Numbered from the stretch's first letter, positions 1 through 10,151 are shown. The stretch is DNA of 64,000 nucleotides from Minisyncoccota bacterium (GCA_017991475.1 JAGOQK010000001.1:12783-76782); one strand, 5' to 3'. Numbers and translations: made by a program. Notes: generated by a model not told the origin, from the sequence alone.

Positions 1-1025
1 GCGTGCGCACTTGGAAAGCTTGGGTCACTAATCAAGGTGATGAGCGCGTTGTCAGGCCGTACACGCATGAAAAATTCTTTGATGAGACCGAGGAAAAAAG
101 CAGTGGATCCGACTGCCATAATCATGATGATCGCTGAGCGCCATTTCCTGCGGATACAAAGATAGATGCTCGTAATGGAGCCGAGCACCATCATAGCTGT
201 CGCTCCTCCGATTGTCGTCACCCACAAGGCAAGAGTACTCAACCATTCATGAGTACGGCTGAGTGCGTACATGAAGCTGTTCACGGTGACATCGAATGTC
301 GCCATAGCTGATGTCGGCGCCCAGGCATCCTGCACCGTCTTGGCGAGTACATAGAGCGAGATGATGTTGAGTATGAGTACAAAGAGTTCATACTTCTTGA
401 ATATATGGAACCGCAAATTCACGAATCGATACCCCCAGGCGATAATGAACCCCGCAATGATCGCAAGTACTGCAAATTTACCGATATGGCCTGCAGCAGC
501 ATGAAATCCCGCGCCGAACATATACCCGACAAAAACAGAAATGATCGTCCAACTAATTCCCCCAATGATATTGAATATCCAAAATTTTCTAACAGGAGCT
601 GGGCTAGCTCCGACGAGGAATGGCATGAGTGCACGAGTCACCGGATTGAATCGACCGATGATCATAGCTTTGCCCGTATGCTTGTGAAGCAATGCGCTGG
701 TCTTCTCGATATGTGCGTCGGTAATAAAGAAATATGGACGGACGCGGTCAATAAATCCAAGTCCATACGTACGTCCAATCTTGAAACCGATATAGTCGCC
801 AATGATTGCCCCCACTGCCGCGAGGCCGAGTACCCACCAGAGATTAAGCACTTCGATACGCACCAAAAAACCACTGAATACAATAGCGACATGACCAGGA
901 ATGAGTGCCCCGAAGACAGGAATTCCTTCAAGGGTTGTTGTAATAAAAAGAAAGGCGTAGCCTCCCTGGGATACGATCGATTCTACATAGTCGGTGAAGG
1001 CCGAGAATATATGGATATACGACAT
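1..1025 (-). CDS. DedA (VTT/SNARE-associated) membrane protein fused to a C-terminal PAP2 phosphatase domain; C-terminus runs off the window start
   Basis: My own reverse-complement reading starts at ATG 1023-1025. It gives MSYIHIFSAF..., then the DedA signatures LEGIPVFGALIPGHV and GRFNPVTRALMPFLVGA. After that come the PAP2 motifs KEFFMRVRP (K-x6-RP) and PSFPSAH. The frame is open to position 1. It is absent from the ORF track because it is truncated. Confidence 0.7.
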   Translation of the reverse strand, partial: MSYIHIFSAFTDYVESIVSQGGYAFLFITTTLEGIPVFGALIPGHVAIVFSGFLVRIEVLNLWWVLGLAAVGAIIGDYIGFKIGRTYGLGFIDRVRPYFFITDAHIEKTSALLHKHTGKAMIIGRFNPVTRALMPFLVGASPAPVRKFWIFNIIGGISWTIISVFVGYMFGAGFHAAAGHIGKFAVLAIIAGFIIAWGYRFVNLRFHIFKKYELFVLILNIISLYVLAKTVQDAWAPTSAMATFDVTVNSFMYALSRTHEWLSTLALWVTTIGGATAMMVLGSITSIYLCIRRKWRSAIIMIMAVGSTAFFLGLIKEFFMRVRPDNALITLISDPSFPSAH

Positions 1026-1136
1026 TTTCAGCTATTATATCACGAATGCCCTACTACAGGACTTGCATACCTAATAGGTATGCTACAATGACATTACTTA
1101 GGTTGATATTTATTCGTAATATATTACAAACGTCCT

Positions 1137-1373
1137 ATGAGCACCGTAACTATCTACTCAACGCCTACTTGCGTCTATTGCAATATGGCCAAGAGCTTCT
1201 TCAAGGCAAACAGCGTCGAGTTTACAGAGCACAATGTCGCTTCTGATCTCGAGAAGCGCAAGGAAATGATCGACAAGACTGGTCAGATGGGGGTTCCTGT
1301 GATCGATCTTGGTACCGAGGTCATCGTCGGATTTGATGAGGAGAGAATCAAGGCAAGTTTGGGGATCAAGTAA
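1137..1373 (+). CDS. glutaredoxin-like protein (NrdH/YruB-like, CxxC)
   Basis: 78 aa with a TPTCVYC redox motif and a thioredoxin-fold pattern. A terminator hairpin lies immediately downstream. Confidence 0.8.
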   Translation: MSTVTIYSTPTCVYCNMAKSFFKANSVEFTEHNVASDLEKRKEMIDKTGQMGVPVIDLGTEVIVGFDEERIKASLGIK

Positions 1374-1388
1374 AAGATGGCGAGAATC

Positions 1389-1418
1389 AAAAAACACCTA
1401 ACTAAAGGTGTTTTTTGT
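1389..1418. terminator. bidirectional intrinsic terminator hairpin
   Basis: aaaaacacc-taactaaa-ggtgttttt is a perfect stem flanked by an A tract and a T tract. It sits between the convergent glutaredoxin and signal peptidase genes. Confidence 0.6.
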
Positions 1419-1449
1419 TACATGTGTGGTTTGTGGTATGGAGTTGGAA

Positions 1450-2205
1450 CTATTTTCCAACAGAAAGGACTTTACCGACTATCTGATCGAATCCAACCGG
1501 TCCTTTCGTCCTGGAATCAGCTGAATGTGCAAGATTGTCCCCAAGTACAAAATACTGATCGGATCCTAAATCAACTTTAAGATCGGGCGTAAATGCTCCC
1601 TCAAGGAATTTGCTTTCATACTGCTTTCCATTAATGAGAAGTTTACCATCAGTAATCGAGACAACCTCTCCCGGTAAACCTACAACCCTTTGGATAATAT
1701 AAGATCCCGTAGATGTTCTATATACAATTACTTCATCCCTTTTGAAATCTTTGTCCCATTTTGCGACAAATAAATAATCCCCAGGGTTATAATGGGGGCT
1801 CATACTTTGTCCACTGACAACCACGGGTTCGAAAACGTATGTACGAATTGGCACTGCAAATAACAAGGCAAAAATAAAACCGACAACAGTCCCAACTATC
1901 AGGTTGACCACATATATTCCAAGAGACTTTGCAAATGATATCGAATAATAATTCTTTAACAATAACCACAACACTATAAATCCTACAATGAGGCCAATTA
2001 AACTTCCCGTTAGATTTAAACCAACAAAAAAGTTAAGACCTCCTGCAAAAACTCCCGCTGAAATGCCGCTTAATAAAGAAAAATACACTGATTTTCCATA
2101 TGTAATCGGAGCTTTAAAGAGCCTACTAACACCTAATAAAACTGCTCCATTCAATAATATAATCAGCACCGCAAGGAGAGCAACTAAAAAAACTATTGTG
2201 GTCAT
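1450..2205 (-). CDS. lepB: signal peptidase I (S26) with an N-terminal polytopic membrane extension of about 125 aa
   Basis: Catalytic boxes are present: SGQSMSP (Ser box), RVVGLPGE, and GDNLAHSADSR (box E). The N-terminal half is several predicted TM helices, which is unusual for LepB. Confidence 0.85.
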   Translation of the reverse strand: MTTIVFLVALLAVLIILLNGAVLLGVSRLFKAPITYGKSVYFSLLSGISAGVFAGGLNFFVGLNLTGSLIGLIVGFIVLWLLLKNYYSISFAKSLGIYVVNLIVGTVVGFIFALLFAVPIRTYVFEPVVVSGQSMSPHYNPGDYLFVAKWDKDFKRDEVIVYRTSTGSYIIQRVVGLPGEVVSITDGKLLINGKQYESKFLEGAFTPDLKVDLGSDQYFVLGDNLAHSADSRTKGPVGFDQIVGKVLSVGK

Positions 2206-2296
2206 GTCAGTTAGGAGATTTGTAAATTAATTAACGTTTATATAGCATATTAATTGTACATTAAATGTGTTGCGCTAGAAAGGTCCTACTTTACCT

Positions 2297-2370
2297 TGGT
2301 GCGAGATGCGGGAATCGAACCCGCGCCACATGCTTGGGAAGCACGAATTCTGCCACTGAACTAATCTCGC
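2297..2370 (-). tRNA. tRNA-Gly (anticodon CCC)
   Basis: The reverse complement folds as a cloverleaf. The acceptor is GCGAGAT/ATCTCGC, the D arm is GTTC..GAAT, and the anticodon stem CGTGC/GCATG carries the loop TTCCCAA. The T arm is GCGGG-TTCGATT-CCCGC, with discriminator A and an encoded CCA. Confidence 0.85.
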
Positions 2371-2387
2371 GCGTCACTATCTTACCC

Positions 2388-2780
2388 TCAAAACCCAAAT
2401 ACACGCAACATTCTCCTGAACCAACCGACGCTCGAAGTGGCCTGAGTCACAGAGGCATTCACTACGGCTGCTGTCTTCGAATCATCCACAATCACGGCGA
2501 CCGACTCACCTTCCCTGATGGCATGATACTTGGAGCGGATCTCATTCTCGAGACCACGCTCGGTAGACAAGTATCCGACCGTATCAGAGAGCTTCGCCTC
2601 CCTATCACGGAGCTTCGCAAGCTCAGCCTGGGCCTGTTCGAGGCGACTAGAGCTCACTCGCGCCTTTTCGTTGAGGTTCCACCCCGCTTTCGCCAGGACC
2701 GCAAGAAGCACAGCTGCCACTATCATTGCGACAGGAGAGGCAACAAGGCGTTTCAAGAGAGAGCGGTTGCCGTATTTCAT
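2388..2780 (-). CDS. septum formation initiator family protein (FtsB/DivIC-like)
   Basis: 130 aa with a single N-terminal TM and a coiled-coil (EQAQAELAKLRDREAKL). The YLSTERGLENEIRSKYHAIREGESVAVIV segment matches the FtsB C-terminal consensus. Confidence 0.6.
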   Translation of the reverse strand: MKYGNRSLLKRLVASPVAMIVAAVLLAVLAKAGWNLNEKARVSSSRLEQAQAELAKLRDREAKLSDTVGYLSTERGLENEIRSKYHAIREGESVAVIVDDSKTAAVVNASVTQATSSVGWFRRMLRVFGF

Positions 2781-2991
2781 GCTCTACAGTATACTAGATT
2801 CACTATGTTATTTCACCAAAATTCCCAGAAAGCGTTCCGCGGCATCATGATTATTGTCGGTGTACTTGTGATTTTGAGCATGATTCTGCTCTATTTCCCT
2901 GCACTTAGCGGAAATTACTAGACAATAAACTACTTCGAACAGCTGGAGCGTTCTACGCTTGTTAGCGCATAACCGAATAAGGCTCAACGCC

Positions 2992-4791
2992 TTATTCGTC
3001 GCCGGCTCTCATCATCTTCACGAAAACATCCTGAGGAATATTCACCGTACCATGCTCTTTGAGGCGCTTGCGGCCTTCCTTCTGCTTCTCACGAAGTTTC
3101 ATCTTACGAGTAATATCTCCGCCGGAAAGCGTTCCTGCGGCATCTTTTTTCTTACCTGAAATAGATCGTGACGAGATGATGCGCCCGAGAGCCTTGGACT
3201 GGATCTTGTAAGTGAAGAGCTCACGCGGCATGATGCCGTGAAGTTTCTCAACAGTCGCCTCGGCCTCCTGCTCAGCCCTACGACGTGACACGACACGAGT
3301 AAATGCAGGAACTGGTTCATCGGCAACAAGGACATCCATACGCACTACATCAGCAACGCGACTCTCGGTGATATCGTAGGATATAGAAGCGTATCCTGAT
3401 GAAATACTCTTCATCTCATCGAAGAAGTTGCGCATGAGCTCGCGGAGCGGCATCTGCATCGTAAGAAGCGTGCGGTTATCTCCGAAATTTTCGGTACCGG
3501 TCACTTCCGCTTCATGCTCATAAATAGACTTCATGATTGCGCTCAGGTATGCAGGTGGTGTGATGATCTTCAGTGTGACGATAGGTTCCTGAACCTCCTT
3601 GATATCTTGCTCATCGGGGAAAAGTGACGGTGAGTAGACAGTGCTCTTTTTGCCGTTTTTGAGCTCAACGGTATAGGTGATACTCGGCTGAGTGATCACG
3701 AGCTCGAGACTAAATTCGCGGCGCAAACGCTCAGTGACAATCTCCATATGGAGCATCCCGAGGAATCCACAACGATAACCCTTACCAAGAGTACCAGACG
3801 CCTCTTCTTCATAGGTAAATGATGAATCGGAAAGACGGAGACGACCGAGTGCTTGGCGAAGGAGCGCTAGGTCATCTTGACTCTCAGGATAGATAGATGC
3901 CCAGACGACCGGACGAGGACTCTTGTATCCATCGAGCGGAGGTAGAGTATCTTTGAGCGAGGCGATTGTATCTCCGACAGAGGCGATGCCTGGCTCTTTT
4001 ATTCCGGTGACGATATAGCCAATCTCTCCCGCAGAAAGCGATTCGCGCGGCGTATTGTCTGGCGCGAAGATGCCGATCTCGATCGGTTCGAATGTCTTGT
4101 CCGCGATCTTGAACTTCAACTTCTCATGACGATGGACGGACCCATTCATGACCCGCGCATATACGATGACACCGGTGTGGTTGGAATATTGAAAATCAAA
4201 GATGAGAGAGCGGAATTCATTGGTCGCATCAGGAGAGCTTGGTGCAGGTACGCGGCGTATAACTTCATTCAAGAGATGCTCGACACCTTCCCCTGTTTTG
4301 CCAGAGACTTTCAAAACATCCTCTGGCATGCAATCGAGAAGCTGGCATACTTCAGCGACGACTTCATCGGTACGCGCGAGGGGTGAATCAATTTTACTCA
4401 CCGTCGGAATAATAGTAAGACCAGCCTCGCGCGCCATATTCAAGGTCGTGAGAGTTTGTGCCTGAACGCCCTGTGTAGCATCAACAAGAAGGATAGATCC
4501 CTCGACGGCTTTGAGCGAACGCGACACTTCATATGAGAAGTCGATGTGGCCAGGGGTGTCGATGAGGTTTAAGGCATATTCAACACCACCTGTTGACCAT
4601 CCCATTCTGACCGGCTGCATCTTGATAGTGATTCCTCTCTCGCGTTCCAATTCCATACTATCGAGCACCTGTTCCTGCATTTTTCGCTTCTCGATAGTGC
4701 CCGTGATCTCCAATAGGCGATCAGCAAGCGTGGACTTGCCGTGATCGATGTGAGCGATGATGGAGAAATTTCGTATATGGGCGGGATTCAT
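2992..4791 (-). CDS. lepA: elongation factor 4 (LepA)
   Basis: 599 aa. The N-terminal GTPase has AHIDHGKST and DTPGH, and the C-terminal domain is LepA-specific. Confidence 0.95.
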   Translation of the reverse strand: MNPAHIRNFSIIAHIDHGKSTLADRLLEITGTIEKRKMQEQVLDSMELERERGITIKMQPVRMGWSTGGVEYALNLIDTPGHIDFSYEVSRSLKAVEGSILLVDATQGVQAQTLTTLNMAREAGLTIIPTVSKIDSPLARTDEVVAEVCQLLDCMPEDVLKVSGKTGEGVEHLLNEVIRRVPAPSSPDATNEFRSLIFDFQYSNHTGVIVYARVMNGSVHRHEKLKFKIADKTFEPIEIGIFAPDNTPRESLSAGEIGYIVTGIKEPGIASVGDTIASLKDTLPPLDGYKSPRPVVWASIYPESQDDLALLRQALGRLRLSDSSFTYEEEASGTLGKGYRCGFLGMLHMEIVTERLRREFSLELVITQPSITYTVELKNGKKSTVYSPSLFPDEQDIKEVQEPIVTLKIITPPAYLSAIMKSIYEHEAEVTGTENFGDNRTLLTMQMPLRELMRNFFDEMKSISSGYASISYDITESRVADVVRMDVLVADEPVPAFTRVVSRRRAEQEAEATVEKLHGIMPRELFTYKIQSKALGRIISSRSISGKKKDAAGTLSGGDITRKMKLREKQKEGRKRLKEHGTVNIPQDVFVKMMRAGDE

Positions 4792-4855
4792 TGCCTAGTG
4801 AATATAGCAGAAATATGGCGTTTTACCAAAGGTTTAACATAGTTGACCTAGGATA

Positions 4856-5227
4856 TTGCCATGCTATCCTAGAGCCAGAATCAACCCAGGAGAAACTATG
4901 GGAATATCAAAAGGACTCGCTACGGTCGCAGGTAGACTTCGGTCGGGCAGGCACCCTCAACACAGAACGGGTGCATTCAATACATTCGATCCTGCGGCTC
5001 GAAAAAAAAAATTGATTCGAGCTTATAGACTCGAACCAGCTCCAGTTTACCCAAAGTACATCAAGTACAAAGGCCGCTGGGTCTTAAGTAATGGGTACAG
5101 AATAGATCATCCTCGTGCCCGAGCCAGTCACCGAGAAATTGAAGCGCTTAAAAAAGATAACAGGCGCAAACATCGGGACAAGAACCCACTTCGCACATTC
5201 AGGCGTCACGGACACAAATTCAAATAA
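4856..5227 (+). CDS. hypothetical highly basic small protein (start may be the internal Met at 4898)
   Basis: 123-aa ORF rich in Arg, Lys and His. A strong intrinsic terminator follows directly. No recognisable family. Confidence 0.3.
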   Translation: MPCYPRARINPGETMGISKGLATVAGRLRSGRHPQHRTGAFNTFDPAARKKKLIRAYRLEPAPVYPKYIKYKGRWVLSNGYRIDHPRARASHREIEALKKDNRRKHRDKNPLRTFRRHGHKFK

Positions 5228-5236
5228 TTAGACAAT

Positions 5237-5275
5237 GCCCCACGCCACCTCTGAGAAATTCAGGGTGGCGCTTTT
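5237..5275. terminator. intrinsic terminator between convergent genes
   Basis: gccacctctga-gaaat-tcagggtggc forms a stem-loop followed by ttttattt. Confidence 0.65.
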
Positions 5276-5286
5276 ATTTATATAAT

Positions 5287-5850
5287 CTAAGCAAAAACTA
5301 CCTTTTCAATTCTCTTGACCCTTTTCTCAAGAAATGAATGTTCTGACCTATTGGGATACAGACCCTGAATATTATCGAGCTGATTCTGGATAGCAGTAAA
5401 TCTAATCTTTGATTCTTCTTCGATAGTAACCAAGTGCTCATCCATTTCATCAAGCCTCACATATACCCTCTTAAGCTCACCATGTACCTCATCAAAACCA
5501 CGCTTCACACTAATAGCTAAATCATCTATTTGACCTTCAAGATTCTTTTCGACACCAGAAATCCTAATCTCTAGACGCTGTTCAAGGTTATTCAATTCTG
5601 AACGAGTAGGTAAATCGTCAATACTCATTGTCAGTCCGTCTATGCGTTTCTTCGCATCAATAGCTTGGATGGTTATATCAGTTTGTAAATTGGTAATCTG
5701 ATGTTGTAAACCATTAACTTCCATCTTCAAATCCTCTCGAGTTGCCAAACCCTTAATGGCATTATTAACTGATTCTATAGTGGCAAGACCCTTGATAGAC
5801 TCAGCTATCGACTCTAATGTTATTATTTTTTGTATAGGAGAAGTATTCAT
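5287..5850 (-). CDS. coiled-coil protein with an internal repeat, in an AT-rich region
   Basis: The track ORF is 5287..5895; the likely start is the internal Met (MNTSPIQ...). It has a heptad-rich sequence and the repeat SIKGLATIESVNNAIKGLATRED. Local GC is well below the window average. Confidence 0.5.
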   Translation of the reverse strand: MNTSPIQKIITLESIAESIKGLATIESVNNAIKGLATREDLKMEVNGLQHQITNLQTDITIQAIDAKKRIDGLTMSIDDLPTRSELNNLEQRLEIRISGVEKNLEGQIDDLAISVKRGFDEVHGELKRVYVRLDEMDEHLVTIEEESKIRFTAIQNQLDNIQGLYPNRSEHSFLEKRVKRIEKVVFA

Positions 5851-5928
5851 ATATACACAATTATATATCCACCAAAAAAACTGTAAACTATTCAAGAAAA
5901 TATTTTTATGTTGTAACTGAAATTTAGC

Positions 5929-7608
5929 TTAAATATGCTCCACTTCCGCAGGAGGAACTTTCGCCTTCCAAATCTTGCGATGGAATGTACGCCAGACTTC
6001 GGCAAGTTCATTGTTCTTGAGCAGCAGGAGAACGAGGATACCGACCGTGATACCTACGATACCTGCACAGAGGCCTTGCAGGAAGACTCCCCACACCTTG
6101 GTGAGTGGAAATATGACTGCAAAAGGACGGAGACTCAAGAATGCCGCATACCCCATGATAACCGAGGCGGAAAACGAATGCAGAAGCGTAGACAAGACTG
6201 GTTTGGAGAAACCTCTATACTTCTTCTCGAACATCCACCAATGCAGAACTGTGTTCAAAATCACACCTATTGAGTATGCGAGGGCGAGAACGAGTGTACT
6301 TGTGCCAACTTGGCCACTCACCTTCAAGAGATCCTCGAGGAAGTAACGGAATACCGGATATGCGAAGAAAAGTTTGGTGAAAACATAGCCGAGAACCACG
6401 ATGACGGTCGCTGATATGACATTGATGAGAAGCGGGCGAGTCGTCTTCCCTTCGGCATAGAACGCGCGGATGAAGAGTACAATGAGACTCTGGCCGATCA
6501 CCGATATCATGAAGATAGCAAGTGATGCGGCAGTGAGTCGTGTGTCAGCCCAGTCGAAATTTCCCGCCCCGAGAACCGTACGGACTATCTGTGCACGCAA
6601 GACTATGAAGAGTACCATGATCGGCGTCGACCAGAATATGATGTGTCGAGCGGCAGCAATCATCTTTTCTAGAAATTCGCTTTGATTGCCCGAAGCGTAC
6701 AGCTTGGAGAGATCAGGAAACACGGCTGACGAATAGCTTGCCCCGATGATGGTGAGTGGAACTGACTGAAGGTTGAACGAGAGGCTGAACACTGCGATAG
6801 AGCCCTTGCTCATGAGTGATGCAAGCGCGGTCAAGAAGAATGTCGCGAGCTGATTGGCCGACATAGTGATGGTGCGCGGAAGGGATAACAAAGCAGCTCT
6901 CTTGATACTCACCCAATCAATCGCCGATGTGAAGCGCGGTAGAAGGCCACTCTCGAGCATGAACGGGATCTGGATCGCCATATGGAACAAAGCGCCGAGG
7001 GCCACACCGATTGCCAGCCCCGCTATACCGAACACGGGGTAGAGTACCACAACACCCAAGATGATACTTACGTTGTAGAAGAGCGGACTCGCAGCATATA
7101 CGAGGAAGCGTCGGTGCATCTGGGTCAAGCTGGAGAATAAGTTCGAAAGACCGAGCAAGAATGGTGACAGGAGCATGATGCGCGCAGAAAGGATAAGGTC
7201 TGACAACGATGGGTCATCTGCGAACCCTGGTAAGAGAAGCGGAATAAGCTTGGGTACCAGAAGGTATGCTACGGCGCTCGCCACCACCATTGCAGCGAAG
7301 AAAATCGTGAATATAGAATCTGAGAATCTCTTCCCTTCCTCTGCCCCCTTCTCAAATCGGTCCACAAAGAACGGAAGTAGGATTGACGCTGATACGAGGG
7401 AGCCCACCGATACGAAGATGAGGTCAGGAATCCTGAAAGCAGCGTAGTAGATATCGAGCGCATGATCCGCACCGAAACTGTACGCAAGAAGCTTGTCTCG
7501 TACAAGCCCAAGAATTTGTGACAGCAGCGCGAATCCAGCAAGAAGATACGCAGCCTCATGCAGGCCGCGTATTTCCCTTCCAATAACTGAAAACCACTTT
7601 TTAACCAT
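5929..7608 (-). CDS. murJ: lipid II flippase MurJ (MviN)
   Basis: 559 aa and polytopic. The N-terminal region (LLSQILGLVRDKLLAYSFGA...DIYYAAFRIPDL) is typical of MurJ. Confidence 0.9.
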   Translation of the reverse strand: MVKKWFSVIGREIRGLHEAAYLLAGFALLSQILGLVRDKLLAYSFGADHALDIYYAAFRIPDLIFVSVGSLVSASILLPFFVDRFEKGAEEGKRFSDSIFTIFFAAMVVASAVAYLLVPKLIPLLLPGFADDPSLSDLILSARIMLLSPFLLGLSNLFSSLTQMHRRFLVYAASPLFYNVSIILGVVVLYPVFGIAGLAIGVALGALFHMAIQIPFMLESGLLPRFTSAIDWVSIKRAALLSLPRTITMSANQLATFFLTALASLMSKGSIAVFSLSFNLQSVPLTIIGASYSSAVFPDLSKLYASGNQSEFLEKMIAAARHIIFWSTPIMVLFIVLRAQIVRTVLGAGNFDWADTRLTAASLAIFMISVIGQSLIVLFIRAFYAEGKTTRPLLINVISATVIVVLGYVFTKLFFAYPVFRYFLEDLLKVSGQVGTSTLVLALAYSIGVILNTVLHWWMFEKKYRGFSKPVLSTLLHSFSASVIMGYAAFLSLRPFAVIFPLTKVWGVFLQGLCAGIVGITVGILVLLLLKNNELAEVWRTFHRKIWKAKVPPAEVEHI

Positions 7609-7617
7609 ATCTAACTA

Positions 7618-10047
7618 CTATTTTTTCTTCTCCTCCTTGATCGGAAGCGTCGATCGCTTCTCAGGGGTCGGAGTTACTGGTGGCTGTGCGTCAGCAAATG
7701 GTGATTTTCCTGCACGCAAATTCCCAAGAATGAGACTTACTTCTTCGTTGTCAGGATTCGTTGCTACGAGATTCTCGAACTGCGCCGTTGCATTCTCGAG
7801 GTCACCAATACGTGCATACGCAAGACCGAGGAAGTACTGAGCATTTGCATAGTCAGGCTGAAGCTTGACCGCGCTTTCGAGAGACTTGGCCGCTCCCTGG
7901 TATTCCTTGTTCGTGTACTGCAAGAGGCCGAGTTGGAAAAAGAGTACCGGACTCTGCGGATTGATCTCCGTTCCTACCTGAGCTGCGATAATCGCATCCT
8001 TGAGATTGCCTTGAGCGGCAGTGATCTGAGAGAGCAGGAATATAGCGTCAAGATAGTCATTCTTGAGTTGAATAGAAGCTCCTACGCTCTTCAACGCATC
8101 ATCGAGCTTGTTCCCTGATGCTTGAAGTTGAGCGAGATTGAGATACAGAGTCGGATTGTACGGATTGAGCTTGATCGCCTCAACATATGCATTTACCGCA
8201 TTTTCATACGCACCCGTCATCTTCATGTTTGATGCGAGTTCAAGCACGCGAGCCGAAGAAATGTGGTTGTAATAGTAATTTCTGTCAGAAGCGATTGCTT
8301 GCTGCGCATATCCTGCAGACGCATTGACTACCGCATTTATCTCTTCAATAAGCGCTTGCGTCGTCGTCCCTGTCGGGAGTGAGTTGGCCTGAACAATAAG
8401 CTGATTGGCACGCACGATACCCGCCTCGACGCGAGCACGGAGATAACTATCTAACGGGTTGAGACGCTGCGCTATCCGGAATGAGCTATCAGCAGCAATT
8501 GGATCGTTGGCTGAATTGAGCGCCTTGACGCCCGATCCAAAGTAGGCCAGTGCAACGCTGTTCTTCACGTATACGGCGCCCCAAATGATCATGACTGCGA
8601 CGGCTGCAATGAGTGCTGTATTGAATACTGGTCTCGATCGCTCGCCTATGCGTGGTGAAATAGAATATGCTGAAGCGCTATTTGCTTTAACAATCATTCC
8701 AATCGCAATCGCGGTAAGTACATAGGTAAAGTAAACCATTACATGCGATGGAACCGATATGAACGATACTATCCACAAGTACAACGACCCGAATACTGAC
8801 GATATAATCGCAAAGCGTGCATATGGATCCGAAGGAAGACGCGCGAGAGCACGAACGAAAAGAACTGCGAGGAAAACGAAGAATGTCGCCCATGCCAAGA
8901 GACCTATGACTCCTTGAGCGACGACCGCTGTCGCGATGAGACTAAACGCATAATTGAATTCTGCATTCCATGCGATTGTGCTATTGATATACATCGGCTT
9001 AAATGCGATGTACGCCTTATTGAACTGATTGGGACCTATACCGAAGAGCGGACTCTCCTTTATCGCGCCAGCAGCGACATCCAAACTCGTCTGCCAAGGA
9101 AGGTTGAGTGCGGTGTATTCGATACCCATACTATCAATCACTGGACCAGCCATTGAGGTGCCCTTCCAGAAAAACGCGCCTGAAATGATAGCAACGATGA
9201 GCGGTAACCATGCGATACTCTTGATGAACACGCCGAAGCCGCCGCCTGAATAGGTTCGAAGTGTGGTAAAAAGAGCGGTTGCCGCAAAAACAATTGTAAG
9301 TGCTACCCATACAAGCATGCTATTGACGAGAACTGCAACAATAAGGGCAAGAGCGAGAAGTCCTGAATAAAACATCTTCATCCTACCAGAAAGCGGAAGC
9401 ACCATAAGTGCTGCTACCACAACAACACCTATAATACCGGCGTACGTCGCTAGATCGAACCATGTACCCAGCACTGTCCCGACAGGACTCGAAAGCACGC
9501 CAAGTTTCGCAAAATCAGGGCCAAAAACGAGACGAGCACCGTGGAAGATAGTGAGTCCAAGGAATGCCGCAATCATACCTGCATAAAGCACTGTTACGCG
9601 CTCAATCCTCTCACGGATTGCAGCGAACACGACGAGGGCAACCACGAACATTAACAATGAAAAACTTCCTGTTCCAAGCTCGAAACCCTGTCCGAAAAAT
9701 GACTTGCTTGCATGAATACTCAAAAGAGTCGAAAGTAAGAGAGATCCCGCGACGACGACTCCAGACCAGAATACTCCTCGAGGAGGAAGTACCAAACCCC
9801 GCTTCCTATAGGCCATGACGCCATATAACGCTGCAGAGATAGCAGTACCGAGAGCGATCACTGCAGTTTTTACGGCATCAAGTGCAATGAAGGGTGTGGG
9901 TAGGAACGCAAGTGGAGCAATGATGACCGTGGCAAGGAGAATGTAGAATGCCCACATTTCCAATCCTCCAGCAGATTTATGTTCACGAACTAAACCATCA
10001 TCATGGCTTTGAACTGGCTCGGGTATGTATTCGGTAGTTATTGACAT
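7618..10047 (-). CDS. O-antigen ligase (Wzy_C) family membrane protein with C-terminal TPR repeats
   Basis: 809 aa. The N-terminal half is polytopic, and the C-terminal 350 aa are tandem TPR-like repeats (YLNLAQLQ..., AQYFLGLAYARIGD...). Confidence 0.8.
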   Translation of the reverse strand: MSITTEYIPEPVQSHDDGLVREHKSAGGLEMWAFYILLATVIIAPLAFLPTPFIALDAVKTAVIALGTAISAALYGVMAYRKRGLVLPPRGVFWSGVVVAGSLLLSTLLSIHASKSFFGQGFELGTGSFSLLMFVVALVVFAAIRERIERVTVLYAGMIAAFLGLTIFHGARLVFGPDFAKLGVLSSPVGTVLGTWFDLATYAGIIGVVVVAALMVLPLSGRMKMFYSGLLALALIVAVLVNSMLVWVALTIVFAATALFTTLRTYSGGGFGVFIKSIAWLPLIVAIISGAFFWKGTSMAGPVIDSMGIEYTALNLPWQTSLDVAAGAIKESPLFGIGPNQFNKAYIAFKPMYINSTIAWNAEFNYAFSLIATAVVAQGVIGLLAWATFFVFLAVLFVRALARLPSDPYARFAIISSVFGSLYLWIVSFISVPSHVMVYFTYVLTAIAIGMIVKANSASAYSISPRIGERSRPVFNTALIAAVAVMIIWGAVYVKNSVALAYFGSGVKALNSANDPIAADSSFRIAQRLNPLDSYLRARVEAGIVRANQLIVQANSLPTGTTTQALIEEINAVVNASAGYAQQAIASDRNYYYNHISSARVLELASNMKMTGAYENAVNAYVEAIKLNPYNPTLYLNLAQLQASGNKLDDALKSVGASIQLKNDYLDAIFLLSQITAAQGNLKDAIIAAQVGTEINPQSPVLFFQLGLLQYTNKEYQGAAKSLESAVKLQPDYANAQYFLGLAYARIGDLENATAQFENLVATNPDNEEVSLILGNLRAGKSPFADAQPPVTPTPEKRSTLPIKEEKKK

Positions 10048-10151
10048 GGTACGCAGGATTTATAGTAATACCTTCCATTGTAGCAATAGTACCGCGAATA
10101 TCAAATGTGAATTTCTTATACGAAAATACCCCCAGTTTCCCGGGGATATTT

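Noticed and set aside
405-1091. 228-aa plus-strand ORF
   Set aside because: It is antisense to the DedA-PAP2 gene, whose translation contains clear family motifs. The plus ORF has no recognisable features.
2265-2921. 218-aa plus-strand ORF
   Set aside because: It overlaps tRNA-Gly and is antisense to the FtsB-like gene.
4795-5235. Possible tmRNA or tRNA-like element (TTCGATCC, GGTTCGAGTC strings)
   Set aside because: No cloverleaf or tmRNA 5'/3' pairing could be built, and no tag-peptide reading frame ending in a YALAA-type sequence is present. The region was left as a hypothetical basic-protein ORF.
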